Assembly (NCBI GenBank): GCA_045613445.1
Contig: JAZLAZ010000026.1
Coordinates: 2,674-66,673, forward strand
DNA length: 64,000 nt
Reading direction: 5' to 3'
DNA from: Candidatus Enterousia sp.
Lineage (GTDB): Bacteria > Pseudomonadota > Alphaproteobacteria > Rs-D84
Part shown: piece after piece, positions 39,491-49,393 of the stretch
Layout of the letters: each line of letters starts with the position of its first letter
How positions within the stretch are numbered: the first letter of the stretch is position 1
Made by a program: the position numbers and the translations under genes
The notes under the pieces: generated by a model
What the model saw: only the letters and a program-made list of their open reading frames with translations
The model's database searches: none
What the model was told of the DNA's origin: nothing

Positions 39491-41536
39491 ATGCTAGAAA
39501 ATCTTAATCGTGAACAATTAAACGCTGTCAAAACCACGGATGGACCGTTATTGGTGTTGTCTGGTGCGGGTACTGGCAAAACGCGTGTGTTGACAACACG
39601 TGTTGCGTATATATTGAATCAGGGGCTGTGTAAACCATGGCAGATTTTGGCGCTGACTTTTACAAACAAGGCTGCAAATGAAATGAAAAATCGTCTGGCA
39701 AATTTGTCAGATGGCTCATGGTATTCTGGTGATATTTGGTGTGGGACTTTTCATTCAATATGCCTGCGAATTTTGCGTAAAAATGCAGGATTGTGTGGTC
39801 TGCGCAGTGACTTTATTATCTTTGGCGAAGACGATCAGAAATCTGTAATAAAATCGTTGATTGCGTCTGGTACAAAAACACCTGGTGATTATGTTGAAGA
39901 ATTTTCATCTGTCAAGGACAAGGGGCTGGTTGCATTACAAAACAAGGACAAGTTATTTAATGCATATAATGCAGAACTGGCGCGTTTGAACGCAGTGGAT
40001 TTTGGTGACATTATTATAAAAGTCTTGGAATTATTTGATAAAAATCCAAATGTTTTATCGTGCTATCAAAATCAGTTCAAGTATATCTTGGTTGATGAAT
40101 TTCAAGACACAAATAACGCGCAAATGGAATTGCTGACTATGTTGACACGCGGAATTGAAAATCCGAATATATGTTGTGTTGGTGATGACGATCAGTCGAT
40201 ATATTCATGGCGCGGTGCAGAAATAAAACATATATTAAATTTTAATAAAACATTTGCAAATGCCCAAATAATTCGTCTTGAAACCAATTATCGCAGTACT
40301 GCGAATATATTGGGGGCGGCAAATTCATTGATACGACACAATCAGGGGCGATTGGGCAAGGATTTGCGTGTTGCAGATGAAAATTGTGCATCAGAACCTG
40401 TTTATGTTTTAACACTGCCCAGTGACAGGGACGAAGCGCATATTATCGCGGATTCAATTGTTCGTAATGGTGACGGTGATTATAATAAATTTGCTGTTCT
40501 TATTCGTGCGGGCAGCCTGTCGCGCATATTCGAAGAAGAATTTGCATCGCGTGGTTTGCCGTATAAATTGATTGGTGCGACCAAGTTCTATGATCGTATG
40601 GAAATTCGCGATGCGATTGCGTATTTGCGCCTGCTGGTATATCCGTTTGACGATATATCTTTTTTGCGTGTTATTGCAAAACCGCGTCGTGGATTTGGTG
40701 ACAAGGCGATTCAGATATTGCGTGCAAGCGGTGAAAATTTGATGTCTGGATTGCGTAATGCAAAATTATCGGCCAAGCAGCGCGCAGCTGCAGATGAATT
40801 TTTATCTGCATTTGATTTTGATTGGAATTCAATGGCACCAAAAGATGCGGCGAAAAAGTTGCTGACAGATTCAGGGTATTTGCAAATGTGGTCAGAATCC
40901 AAGGATGCAGATGCGCCAGACAGATTGGTAAATATTCGTGAATTATTGACATCGGTTATATCGAAATATTCAACATTGCCAGAATTTTTAGAGCAGGCTG
41001 CCCTAATGATGACGGATGATAATGATTCTGATGATGCGTTGCAAAATAACAGTATTCGTATAATGACAATCCATGCGGCCAAGGGGCTGGAATTTGATAC
41101 GGTGTTTTTACCTGCATGGGAAGAAAGTATATTTCCTAATGAAAAATCGATAAACGAAGGTGCAATCGAGGAAGAGCGTCGTTTGGCATATGTTGCAATA
41201 ACCCGCGCATGTCGTCGTTGTGTTATATCAAATGCGCTGTCGCGTGTGGTGTTTGGGGCGCGCCAGTATAATTGCCCCAGTCGATTTATCACAGAAATGG
41301 ATAATAGTTTTCTTGATTTTCAGGGTGGAACAGTGTCTTATCGACCAAAAATATCGCCACAATATACCCAGAAACCAAAACCAACACCGCGCGTTCAGAC
41401 ATCATTGGTTGGTAAATTAGTGTCACATGATGAACTGGGGGCAGGGGTCGTTATCGAAGACAAAGGTGATATAATAACAGTTGCTTTCAAAACACGTGGG
41501 ATTAAAAAAGTTGCGCGAAATTATCTGCGTTTTTAA
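39491..41536 (+). CDS. uvrD: ATP-dependent DNA helicase UvrD/PcrA
   Basis: LNREQ, GAGTGKT, TFTNKAA, VDEFQD, VGDDDQSIYSWRGA, NYRS, TIHAAKGLEF, EERRLAYVAITRA. Confidence 0.93.
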   Translation: MLENLNREQLNAVKTTDGPLLVLSGAGTGKTRVLTTRVAYILNQGLCKPWQILALTFTNKAANEMKNRLANLSDGSWYSGDIWCGTFHSICLRILRKNAGLCGLRSDFIIFGEDDQKSVIKSLIASGTKTPGDYVEEFSSVKDKGLVALQNKDKLFNAYNAELARLNAVDFGDIIIKVLELFDKNPNVLSCYQNQFKYILVDEFQDTNNAQMELLTMLTRGIENPNICCVGDDDQSIYSWRGAEIKHILNFNKTFANAQIIRLETNYRSTANILGAANSLIRHNQGRLGKDLRVADENCASEPVYVLTLPSDRDEAHIIADSIVRNGDGDYNKFAVLIRAGSLSRIFEEEFASRGLPYKLIGATKFYDRMEIRDAIAYLRLLVYPFDDISFLRVIAKPRRGFGDKAIQILRASGENLMSGLRNAKLSAKQRAAADEFLSAFDFDWNSMAPKDAAKKLLTDSGYLQMWSESKDADAPDRLVNIRELLTSVISKYSTLPEFLEQAALMMTDDNDSDDALQNNSIRIMTIHAAKGLEFDTVFLPAWEESIFPNEKSINEGAIEEERRLAYVAITRACRRCVISNALSRVVFGARQYNCPSRFITEMDNSFLDFQGGTVSYRPKISPQYTQKPKPTPRVQTSLVGKLVSHDELGAGVVIEDKGDIITVAFKTRGIKKVARNYLRF

Positions 41537-41602
41537 TACACTTTTCCCTTTTCAAATAATGGCATTTGTGATAGAATAAAGTAATAAAAATGGAGTAAGG
41601 GG

Positions 41603-44600
41603 ATGGCATTTCTCAAAAATACGATAAGTTTATTGGCGGTTTTCTGCGTAGTTCCTGCGGCATTTGCTGCAACGGCGCGCCCCAGCATAATGAATACTGC
41701 GACTGCGGTGTCGGCATCTGGTGCTGTTCGTCGTATGCCAACTGTTACGGCCAAGATTTCACAAAGTGCTGCGGCGGCACAAAAAACCAGTTCTTCATCA
41801 TTGATGGATAATGTTGAATGTATTGATGCATATACTGAATGTATCAAGGGTGATGATGCGTGCGGTTCCGATTTTTCAGAATGTACAACAAATGTACTGT
41901 TCCATGCACAAATGCCAGATTGTATCAGTGTTTTGGCCCAATGTGGAAATGATGGTATAAGCAGTTTGTTTGGTACATCTGATACTACATTGCTGTCAAA
42001 TGTTGAATATACAAACGAAGATGGCGAAGTAACAAAATATACATATCCAACAGTAGGCAGTGTTTTGGGGCAAATGATAACTGCTGCGGAAATTGAAAAT
42101 AAATATGATACACAAACATGTGTAAAGCGTTATATGAACTGCTTGCACAAGGATGATGTTTGCGGTGAAAATTTTGAATTATGTACATCTGCCAAAGAAT
42201 TTAAGAAACAGGCATTATTCTGTGATTCAACATTGGCACGTTGTCAGGCCGCAGGTGTGACAGAATTATTGGGTAAATATCCATGGTCACCAATGCGTGC
42301 AGGTGATACTGTTGGTGGACGTGTCGCAACAGAAATTGAAAATGGTGCTGATTTGGCTGCATTGAATGCTGTGTCTACTTGTTACAAGATTGTTGATAAC
42401 TGCTTTGTTCAGGCATGTCAGGCCAATCCATTGCGTTGTATCGAAGGTACATCTGTATCTGCGGTTCAGGCAGCCCAGGGTATTGTTGGCGAAGCTGGCT
42501 TGGAACTGGACACCGTTGGTGAAGCAGATGTATTGTCATCCAGTCAGATAAATCGTTATCTGCGTTCAAGTTGTGCGGATACAATCGGTTCAAACAAATA
42601 TTGTCATATGACATTTTTGGGTAAAACGCCATCCAAAAATGATTTAGCGGATCCAGATTATATTGATGAAGTATTTTCATCTGCACACAATGATCGTAAA
42701 TCAATCATTGCTTCTAAAATTCAAGGCTTGATGCAAGATTTTGATAAAGAAGCCAAGGGCAAGTGCAGCGATGCAATTATGCAATGCGCAATGCGCACAT
42801 GTGGTGGTGGTTCTGGTGCTGCATGCTATACCCAGGTGTTCAGCAGTGCTGGCGAAAACACAATCAATGGCGATGCGACATATGACGAAATTGCCACAGG
42901 TTGCAGTGCGATTGCAAATACAGATCCAAATTGTCTGTACGCATTTGAGTCTGTCAGAAATGATGACTACAGCTATAACTATGTTGCAGAAGATGCGTTT
43001 TCAACATTATTCCCAAAGAAAACATCCACATCTGTGGATCCAATTGGTGTTGTTGCAGCATTAAATTCATCATTATCATTGAATTATAATGAAGCGGCGA
43101 TTGCAAATATGAAAAAACAGTGTCAATCTGTTGCAACCAGCTGTGTAAAGTCATTGTGTGGTGAAGATTATGCAAATTGCTATCGCAACCGTACGGATAT
43201 CTATTCTAACCTGACAAATACAGGCGATGCAGCGTTTGATAAATCAATGAACAAGGTTGGTGGTGTTCTGGATTATACAATTGTATTGGGATTGTGTGTC
43301 GATACTGTTAAAAATGCACCAATCTGTGAAGAACACTTGGCAATCGAACGTGCAAAATATAAAAAAGCAGATAATACCACAGCTGGCTGGGGCAGTGCAA
43401 CAAACACTCGTTCTGGCTGGTATGATGCAGGTTCTGCCACAGTTGTAAAGACTGAAACAGAACAAATCCAAGATACAGATGAAAATGGTAACAAGTTGTG
43501 CAGTGCTGAAAATGGCATGGTTGGTATCTGCAATACTGTTGATCCAGACGGTACATTATACAGTGAACCTGTGATGATATCATATACAACATATGTACAA
43601 TCCCAGGCGGCGAATTCATTGTTCAAAGATTTGATCTTTGACCTGGAAAAAGAAGCCCAGGCAAAATATAACGCCAAACTGACAAAACAGCAAAACGACT
43701 GTATTGCTGCAAACAACGGCGGTATTATGGGGAACAAAGACATTGCGTCAACATATATGTGGGCCAAGTTGAAAAATAACAAGGTGCCAAGCACATACCC
43801 AAGTTCTGGTTTGAAACCAAATCAGTTTGTGGCCAGTAATGAATTGTATGGTTCGTTCTGTCGTATCCGTGTAAACTTGCAGTCTGATGATAAGTATATC
43901 CAAGACGCAATTGCGAACGGTACAGATTGGGCAACAACATACTTTGCTGCCGGTGACGCATTTACATGCGGTTCATGGATACCAAATGACAAATTACAAG
44001 AATTGGCCAATGCAGCGGGTGCAGATGCACGTGCAGATGCCACGGCATCACAACCAAAAATTGCAGGTTGGATGGCGGCATTGGGCGCAGTTGGATTGGG
44101 TACAGGCGGTGTATTCGTTGGTGATGCAATCCAAGGTGGTTCAGTATTCGGTGGCTTGAACAAAAAGTCCAAGGTCAACGCTGCCAATGAAAAATCTTGT
44201 GAAGAATTGGCTGAATTGTATGCACAGTACAATCAAGCAGGTTATGCAAATCTTATCTTTGGAAGATTGAAAGATACGGGTACTCGTAACAATATCGAAG
44301 AAGCAAAGAAATTTGTTGGTTACGCAAATGATACTTCCTTTACAAAGAAAGAGGTTGATGAAATTTGTGGCAAAGATGTTTATACAGAAGCTACTACTGT
44401 TAAAGGAGAAGAACAGACATGTCAAAATAACACTTACGGTACTTACAAAGAAGGAAAATGTTATTTAAACGCGGATGCAGTACGTGAAGAGGCTCATAAT
44501 CAGGCTGTTGAGAAAGTAAATGCGTTGGCCGCTTTGTGTAATGTTTCTGATGAATTGACTGAACAGAAAAACGGCACATGGTGGAAACAACATGGTGGTC

Positions 44601-44806
44601 AGTTGCTTGGTGGTGTTGTTGGTGCAGGTGCAGGTGCAGGATTGGCATACGCAATCACCAAGAGTTTTCAAGATGCCGAACTGGACAAGGCAGAACAGAC
44701 GGCCATCCAAGAATTTATGGACAATGTTGGTTCAAAAATCCATTGTTACATCGGTTCAGAAGAGGTTGGTACATACGGTGACGTAATATCAACAAGTATG
44801 GAATAA
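41603..44806 (+). CDS. large exported cysteine-rich protein B
   Basis: Signal peptide, about 40 Cys in the same motif as protein A, two Gly-rich hydrophobic segments near the C-terminus. Confidence 0.75.
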   Translation: MAFLKNTISLLAVFCVVPAAFAATARPSIMNTATAVSASGAVRRMPTVTAKISQSAAAAQKTSSSSLMDNVECIDAYTECIKGDDACGSDFSECTTNVLFHAQMPDCISVLAQCGNDGISSLFGTSDTTLLSNVEYTNEDGEVTKYTYPTVGSVLGQMITAAEIENKYDTQTCVKRYMNCLHKDDVCGENFELCTSAKEFKKQALFCDSTLARCQAAGVTELLGKYPWSPMRAGDTVGGRVATEIENGADLAALNAVSTCYKIVDNCFVQACQANPLRCIEGTSVSAVQAAQGIVGEAGLELDTVGEADVLSSSQINRYLRSSCADTIGSNKYCHMTFLGKTPSKNDLADPDYIDEVFSSAHNDRKSIIASKIQGLMQDFDKEAKGKCSDAIMQCAMRTCGGGSGAACYTQVFSSAGENTINGDATYDEIATGCSAIANTDPNCLYAFESVRNDDYSYNYVAEDAFSTLFPKKTSTSVDPIGVVAALNSSLSLNYNEAAIANMKKQCQSVATSCVKSLCGEDYANCYRNRTDIYSNLTNTGDAAFDKSMNKVGGVLDYTIVLGLCVDTVKNAPICEEHLAIERAKYKKADNTTAGWGSATNTRSGWYDAGSATVVKTETEQIQDTDENGNKLCSAENGMVGICNTVDPDGTLYSEPVMISYTTYVQSQAANSLFKDLIFDLEKEAQAKYNAKLTKQQNDCIAANNGGIMGNKDIASTYMWAKLKNNKVPSTYPSSGLKPNQFVASNELYGSFCRIRVNLQSDDKYIQDAIANGTDWATTYFAAGDAFTCGSWIPNDKLQELANAAGADARADATASQPKIAGWMAALGAVGLGTGGVFVGDAIQGGSVFGGLNKKSKVNAANEKSCEELAELYAQYNQAGYANLIFGRLKDTGTRNNIEEAKKFVGYANDTSFTKKEVDEICGKDVYTEATTVKGEEQTCQNNTYGTYKEGKCYLNADAVREEAHNQAVEKVNALAALCNVSDELTEQKNGTWWKQHGGQLLGGVVGAGAGAGLAYAITKSFQDAELDKAEQTAIQEFMDNVGSKIHCYIGSEEVGTYGDVISTSME

Positions 44807-44833
44807 AAAATCCCCCGTCCGGGGGATTTTTTT
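44805..44833 (+). terminator. intrinsic terminator
   Basis: AAAAAATCCCCCG-TC-CGGGGGATTTTTTT. Confidence 0.8.
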
Positions 44834-44896
44834 AGTGGCTATCCGCTTTCGCTGCGCTATTGCGAAGACTTCGGTGGTGGAAAAATTAAAAACAAC

Positions 44897-44963
44897 GGCA
44901 TTCCCGCATAGGTGGGAATCCACTGTCTTTTCCAGAATGGATACCTACCTTCGTGGGTATGAG
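44897..44963. repeat. inverted doublet of a dRS3/RPE-like palindromic element
   Basis: GGCATTCCC-N8-GGGAATCCA (44897-44922) facing a degenerate inverted copy TGGATACCT-N8-GGGTATGAG (44938-44963). Confidence 0.7.
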
Positions 44964-45029
44964 GAGTCTTTTTTTACACAAACACTCGCCACTTGCAAAT
45001 AGTTTTTTTTATAGTAAAATTTATGTGTT

Positions 45030-47069
45030 ATGAAATTCAAAAAAGTTCTGCGGATTATTTTTAATGTTTTCTTTTGGGTATTTGTTGTGGGTGTCGCAAC
45101 ATTGGCTGTTTTAATTTTAATTTATGGTAATGATTTGCCAGATTATAAAAAGTTGGCAACATATGCGCCACCGGTTGCAACGCGCTTGTATGCATCTGAC
45201 GGTTCGTTGCTGATTGAATATGCCGAAGAAAGACGCGTTTTTATCGATTATAATGATATGCCAAAACAATTGGTAAACGCTTTTATTGCTGCCGAAGATC
45301 AAAATTTTTGGACACATCCTGGAATTGATGTTCAGGGTATTATTCGTGCTGTGGCAAACAATACATTGCGTATGTTTGGGGCAAATGCAACGCTGTCTGG
45401 TGCATCTACAATTACACAACAGGTTGCAAAGAATTTCTTTTTAACATCTGAACGTACGATTTCCAGAAAAATAAAAGAGGCAATCCTTGCATTGCGTTTG
45501 GAACGAACATTTTCCAAAGAACATATTTTAACATTATATTTGAATCAGATATTCTTGGGCGCACGCGCATACGGTGTTGGGTCTGCGGCACTGATGTATT
45601 TTAACAAGCCTGTATCAGAATTATCATTGGCAGAATGTGCGTTCTTGGCATCGTTGCCCAAGGCGCCAAACAATCGTGACAGGGCGGTTGAACGCAGAAA
45701 TTATGTATTGCGTCGCATGGTTGATGAAGGTTTTATATCACAATCTGATGCAGATGTAGCCGCAAGCGAAGATTTGAATATCAACAGTGGTTTTACTGAA
45801 CAAATGTCCGAAGAATTGCAATACTTTGCCGAAGATGTGCGTCGTCAATTGCTGGGGACATTGGGACGCGAAAAATTATATAATGATGGATTGTATATTA
45901 AAACAACGATTATACCAGAATTGCAATATGCAGCATCTGCGGCATTAAATAAAGAACTTGATAATTTTAACAACGGGCGCAGCGATAAATTACAAGGTGC
46001 GATTATTGCAATGAATCCGCATACAGGTCGTATTGTTGCGATGGCTGGTGGTCGTTCTTTTCGTGAAAGTTCATTTAATCGTGCAACCCAGGCGTATCGT
46101 CAAATTGGTTCTACGATAAAGCCATTTGTATATTTGGCTGCATTGGAACGCGGGTATTCGCCACAAACAATGTTGTTGGATGCACCGATTGTCGGCTGGC
46201 GTGAAGATGATACCTTATGGAAACCTGAAAATTACGACAAGAAATTCTTGGGCGATGTTCCATTGCGCTTGTCACTGGAAACATCGCGTAATGTTACGAC
46301 TGTGCGTTTGGTGGAACAGATTGGAACACATAATGCAATCGAAGTGGCACAGCGGTTTGGCGTATATCCGCGCGATATGAAAAATATGAATTTGTCAATG
46401 GCGTTGGGGTCTGGGGAAACAACATTGGAAAAATTGGTGTTGGGTTATTCTGCATTTGTAAATGGTGGGCGCGCAGTTCAACCAAAATTGGTTGACTATA
46501 TCGAAGACAGATATGGTCGTGTCTTGGGTGGCGAAAAGTCAGAAATTGTCGAATGGCATGATGATTTAACACCGCCAACAATAAACAATATATCTGAAAC
46601 ATTGTCTGATCCGCAAAGTCTGTATCAATTGGTATCTATGTTACAGGGTGTTGTTGATCGCGGTACAGGCAAACAGGCGCGTGTGTCTGGACATACAATT
46701 GCTGGCAAAACAGGTACAACCAATGAGGTCAAAGATGTATGGTTCGTCGGTTTTTCCAAGGACTTGATTGCAGGTGTTTATTTGGGGTATGATACACCAA
46801 AACCGCTGGGGCGTGGGGCAGGTTCGCATATGGCTGCGCGCGTATTTGCGGACTTTATGCGTGTTGCGTTAAAAGACGAAAAAAATCAGCCGTTTTCTGT
46901 ACCAGATGGAATGACATTTATGCGCGTCAATCGTCGCAGTGGGGCGGCTGCATCTGCTGATCCAAATGGTACAATTATTCAGGAAGTATTTAAGACGGGA
47001 CAGAAACCTAATCCTGCACCAAAGAAAGTCTCAACAGACAATAATGCTGTTGTTGGTGGAATATTTTAA
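45030..47069 (+). CDS. mrcA: class A penicillin-binding protein 1A
   Basis: N-terminal TM; glycosyltransferase motifs AAED..F..H.G.D, GASTITQQ, RKIKE; transpeptidase motifs STIK, SRN, KTGT. Confidence 0.9.
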   Translation: MKFKKVLRIIFNVFFWVFVVGVATLAVLILIYGNDLPDYKKLATYAPPVATRLYASDGSLLIEYAEERRVFIDYNDMPKQLVNAFIAAEDQNFWTHPGIDVQGIIRAVANNTLRMFGANATLSGASTITQQVAKNFFLTSERTISRKIKEAILALRLERTFSKEHILTLYLNQIFLGARAYGVGSAALMYFNKPVSELSLAECAFLASLPKAPNNRDRAVERRNYVLRRMVDEGFISQSDADVAASEDLNINSGFTEQMSEELQYFAEDVRRQLLGTLGREKLYNDGLYIKTTIIPELQYAASAALNKELDNFNNGRSDKLQGAIIAMNPHTGRIVAMAGGRSFRESSFNRATQAYRQIGSTIKPFVYLAALERGYSPQTMLLDAPIVGWREDDTLWKPENYDKKFLGDVPLRLSLETSRNVTTVRLVEQIGTHNAIEVAQRFGVYPRDMKNMNLSMALGSGETTLEKLVLGYSAFVNGGRAVQPKLVDYIEDRYGRVLGGEKSEIVEWHDDLTPPTINNISETLSDPQSLYQLVSMLQGVVDRGTGKQARVSGHTIAGKTGTTNEVKDVWFVGFSKDLIAGVYLGYDTPKPLGRGAGSHMAARVFADFMRVALKDEKNQPFSVPDGMTFMRVNRRSGAAASADPNGTIIQEVFKTGQKPNPAPKKVSTDNNAVVGGIF

Positions 47070-47140
47070 TCATAATTAGATTTATTTGTTTGCTGTTTTG
47101 TGATAAAATATCTGCATAAAAAGGAACAAAAGGATTTTTT

Positions 47141-48229
47141 ATGCTGACAGATTATTTTATCAATCATGGTGTTATGTTTTTTGCCAGTGGATGGACACAG
47201 TTTGCAGGTGGTTTTTTTGTCGCTTTTATGACTGTATTGTTGTTTGGGCGTCCATTTATTGCATCGATGCGCGCATGGCAGAAAAAAGGTCAGCCAATCA
47301 GTGAAAATGTTCCAGATGCGCATCGAAAAAAAGCTGGTACACCAACAATGGGTGGAATTTTAATAGTTCTGGCAATTTTGCTTGGCGGTATGCTGTTTAT
47401 GCCAATGTATAATCCAACAGGCTGGATTGCGCTGGCGGCACTGGTTATGTTTGGTGTTTTGGGATTTGTTGATGATTATAAAAAAGTAACATCGCAATCA
47501 AGAAAAGCATCAAATGGATTGTCGCCATTGACCCGTCTTGTTGTCGAAGGTGTATTTGTTGTGATATTGGCATATTTGATAAATAAGACAATGCCACCGT
47601 ACATACCAGAATATTCATTGGCGATTGGTGCAAGTATAATTTTGCCACTGGGAATATTGTACTATGTATTTGCGTACTTTGTAATTTGTGGCAGTGCAAA
47701 TGCAACAAATATTACGGACGGTCTGGACGGTATGTTGGCAAAGTTGTATATGCCTGTTTTGGTCGTTTTGGTTGTAGCGTTATACGGTGCAACTAGAATC
47801 GGATTTATGGATACTGTAATGTTTTTGCCAATGGTCAGTGGTTTGTATGCGGTGTTGGGGGCCGCGTTTGGTGCGGTACTTGGGTTCTTGTGGTATAATT
47901 CAAAACCCGCATCAATATTTATGGGTGATGTTGGGTCGCTAGCACTGGGTGGATTTATGGGTACTGTTGCCATGTTATTAAAGGCTGAATTGGTAATGGG
48001 ACTGGCGGCAGGTATGATGGTTTTGATTTTGTTATCATCATTTATTCAGACAATGTATTTCAAGGCGACACGCAAAATATCAGGCACAGGTCGTCGTGTG
48101 TTTTTGCGTGCACCACTGCACCATCATTTTGAAGAATTGGGTTGGTCAGAAACCAAGATAGTAGAAAGATTTTTTGTTCTGTCTATATTGTTTTCTGGTT
48201 TGGCATTAGTGTTCTTGAAATTCGCATAA
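47141..48229 (+). CDS. mraY: phospho-N-acetylmuramoyl-pentapeptide transferase
   Basis: KAGTPTMGG, GFVDDY, NATNITDGLDG, FMGDVGS, APLHHHFE. Confidence 0.95.
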   Translation: MLTDYFINHGVMFFASGWTQFAGGFFVAFMTVLLFGRPFIASMRAWQKKGQPISENVPDAHRKKAGTPTMGGILIVLAILLGGMLFMPMYNPTGWIALAALVMFGVLGFVDDYKKVTSQSRKASNGLSPLTRLVVEGVFVVILAYLINKTMPPYIPEYSLAIGASIILPLGILYYVFAYFVICGSANATNITDGLDGMLAKLYMPVLVVLVVALYGATRIGFMDTVMFLPMVSGLYAVLGAAFGAVLGFLWYNSKPASIFMGDVGSLALGGFMGTVAMLLKAELVMGLAAGMMVLILLSSFIQTMYFKATRKISGTGRRVFLRAPLHHHFEELGWSETKIVERFFVLSILFSGLALVFLKFA

Positions 48230-48239
48230 AGAAAGAAAC

Positions 48240-49379
48240 ATGTTTACACGCAGTGAAGATAGTAAATTGACCAGCTGGTATTTCGAAGTCGACAGACGAT
48301 TGTTGGGCTGGATTTTATTGCTGATTTTTATTGGTATATTGTGTGTTATATCTGCTGGATCGGTTCAGGCGCTGCGCAAAGGTTGGCATTGGTATCACTT
48401 TTTAAAATCAATGTTGCCATTTTATGTTGTTGGTATTGGTGCGTTGTTTGTAACCAGCATGTTTAACAAGAAATGGGTGCTGGGGCTGTCGGGATTAAAT
48501 TTAGCAGTATGTTTATTCTTTTTATTGTGGACAGTGATACATCCTGCGGCCAGTCATGGTTCTGAACGATGGGCGGTTATCCATGGTATCAGTTTTATGC
48601 CGTCGGATATTATGAAACCAGGACTAATAATTATAACGGCATGGTTTTTATCCAAAATGGAACAGTTGTATTCAAATAACATGTTTTTAAACAAGTCTGC
48701 ATGGCGTGTAGGTTGGTTCAGTTGGTGGACATATCTGATACCGTTTTTGATAGTGTTGTTGATTTTATTTATGCAACCTGATGTTGGGACGACTTTGTTG
48801 TTTGTATCGGTCGTTGGCATAATGCTTTTTGTTGCAGGATTGCCAAATAAAATTTGGGTTCCAATGGTTGGTGGTGTTGGGGTGCTAGGATTCTTAGCAT
48901 TTTTGTTTCATTCGCATGTAAGAAATCGTGTTTTGGCGTTTTTTCAACCGCTGGACCCCAGAAGTCAGGTTGGCTTGTCAATCAGTACTATCCGCCAGGG
49001 CGGTTTGTTCGGTATGGGGGACGAATCTTTTGCAAAAGAAAGCCTGCCAGATGCACACACGGACTTTATTTTTGCAACATTGGCAGAAGATTGGGGTGCG
49101 ATTGCAGCGTGTGGTTTACTGGTTTTATTTTTACTGATAATTCGTCGATTGATAACGACTGCGTTGACTGTGCGTGATAAATTCGTATTATATGCGGTTT
49201 CTGGTGCAACAGCGATGTTTGCAACTCAGATTTGTATAAATTTAGCGACTACATTGCGCTTGATTCCACCAAAAGGTATGACATTGCCATTTATTTCGTC
49301 TGGTGGCAGTTCTTTTTTGGGTTATTGTTTGTTGTTTGGATTTATTTTGGCGTTGATGCGTGAAGATAAATGGAGCTAA
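48240..49379 (+). CDS. ftsW: SEDS peptidoglycan polymerase FtsW
   Basis: GSERW, PSDIMKP, QPDVGT, LPDAHTDFIF, PPKGMTLPFISSGGSS; lies between mraY and murG. Confidence 0.92.
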   Translation: MFTRSEDSKLTSWYFEVDRRLLGWILLLIFIGILCVISAGSVQALRKGWHWYHFLKSMLPFYVVGIGALFVTSMFNKKWVLGLSGLNLAVCLFFLLWTVIHPAASHGSERWAVIHGISFMPSDIMKPGLIIITAWFLSKMEQLYSNNMFLNKSAWRVGWFSWWTYLIPFLIVLLILFMQPDVGTTLLFVSVVGIMLFVAGLPNKIWVPMVGGVGVLGFLAFLFHSHVRNRVLAFFQPLDPRSQVGLSISTIRQGGLFGMGDESFAKESLPDAHTDFIFATLAEDWGAIAACGLLVLFLLIIRRLITTALTVRDKFVLYAVSGATAMFATQICINLATTLRLIPPKGMTLPFISSGGSSFLGYCLLFGFILALMREDKWS

Positions 49380-49393
49380 AAAGAGGTGTAAAA

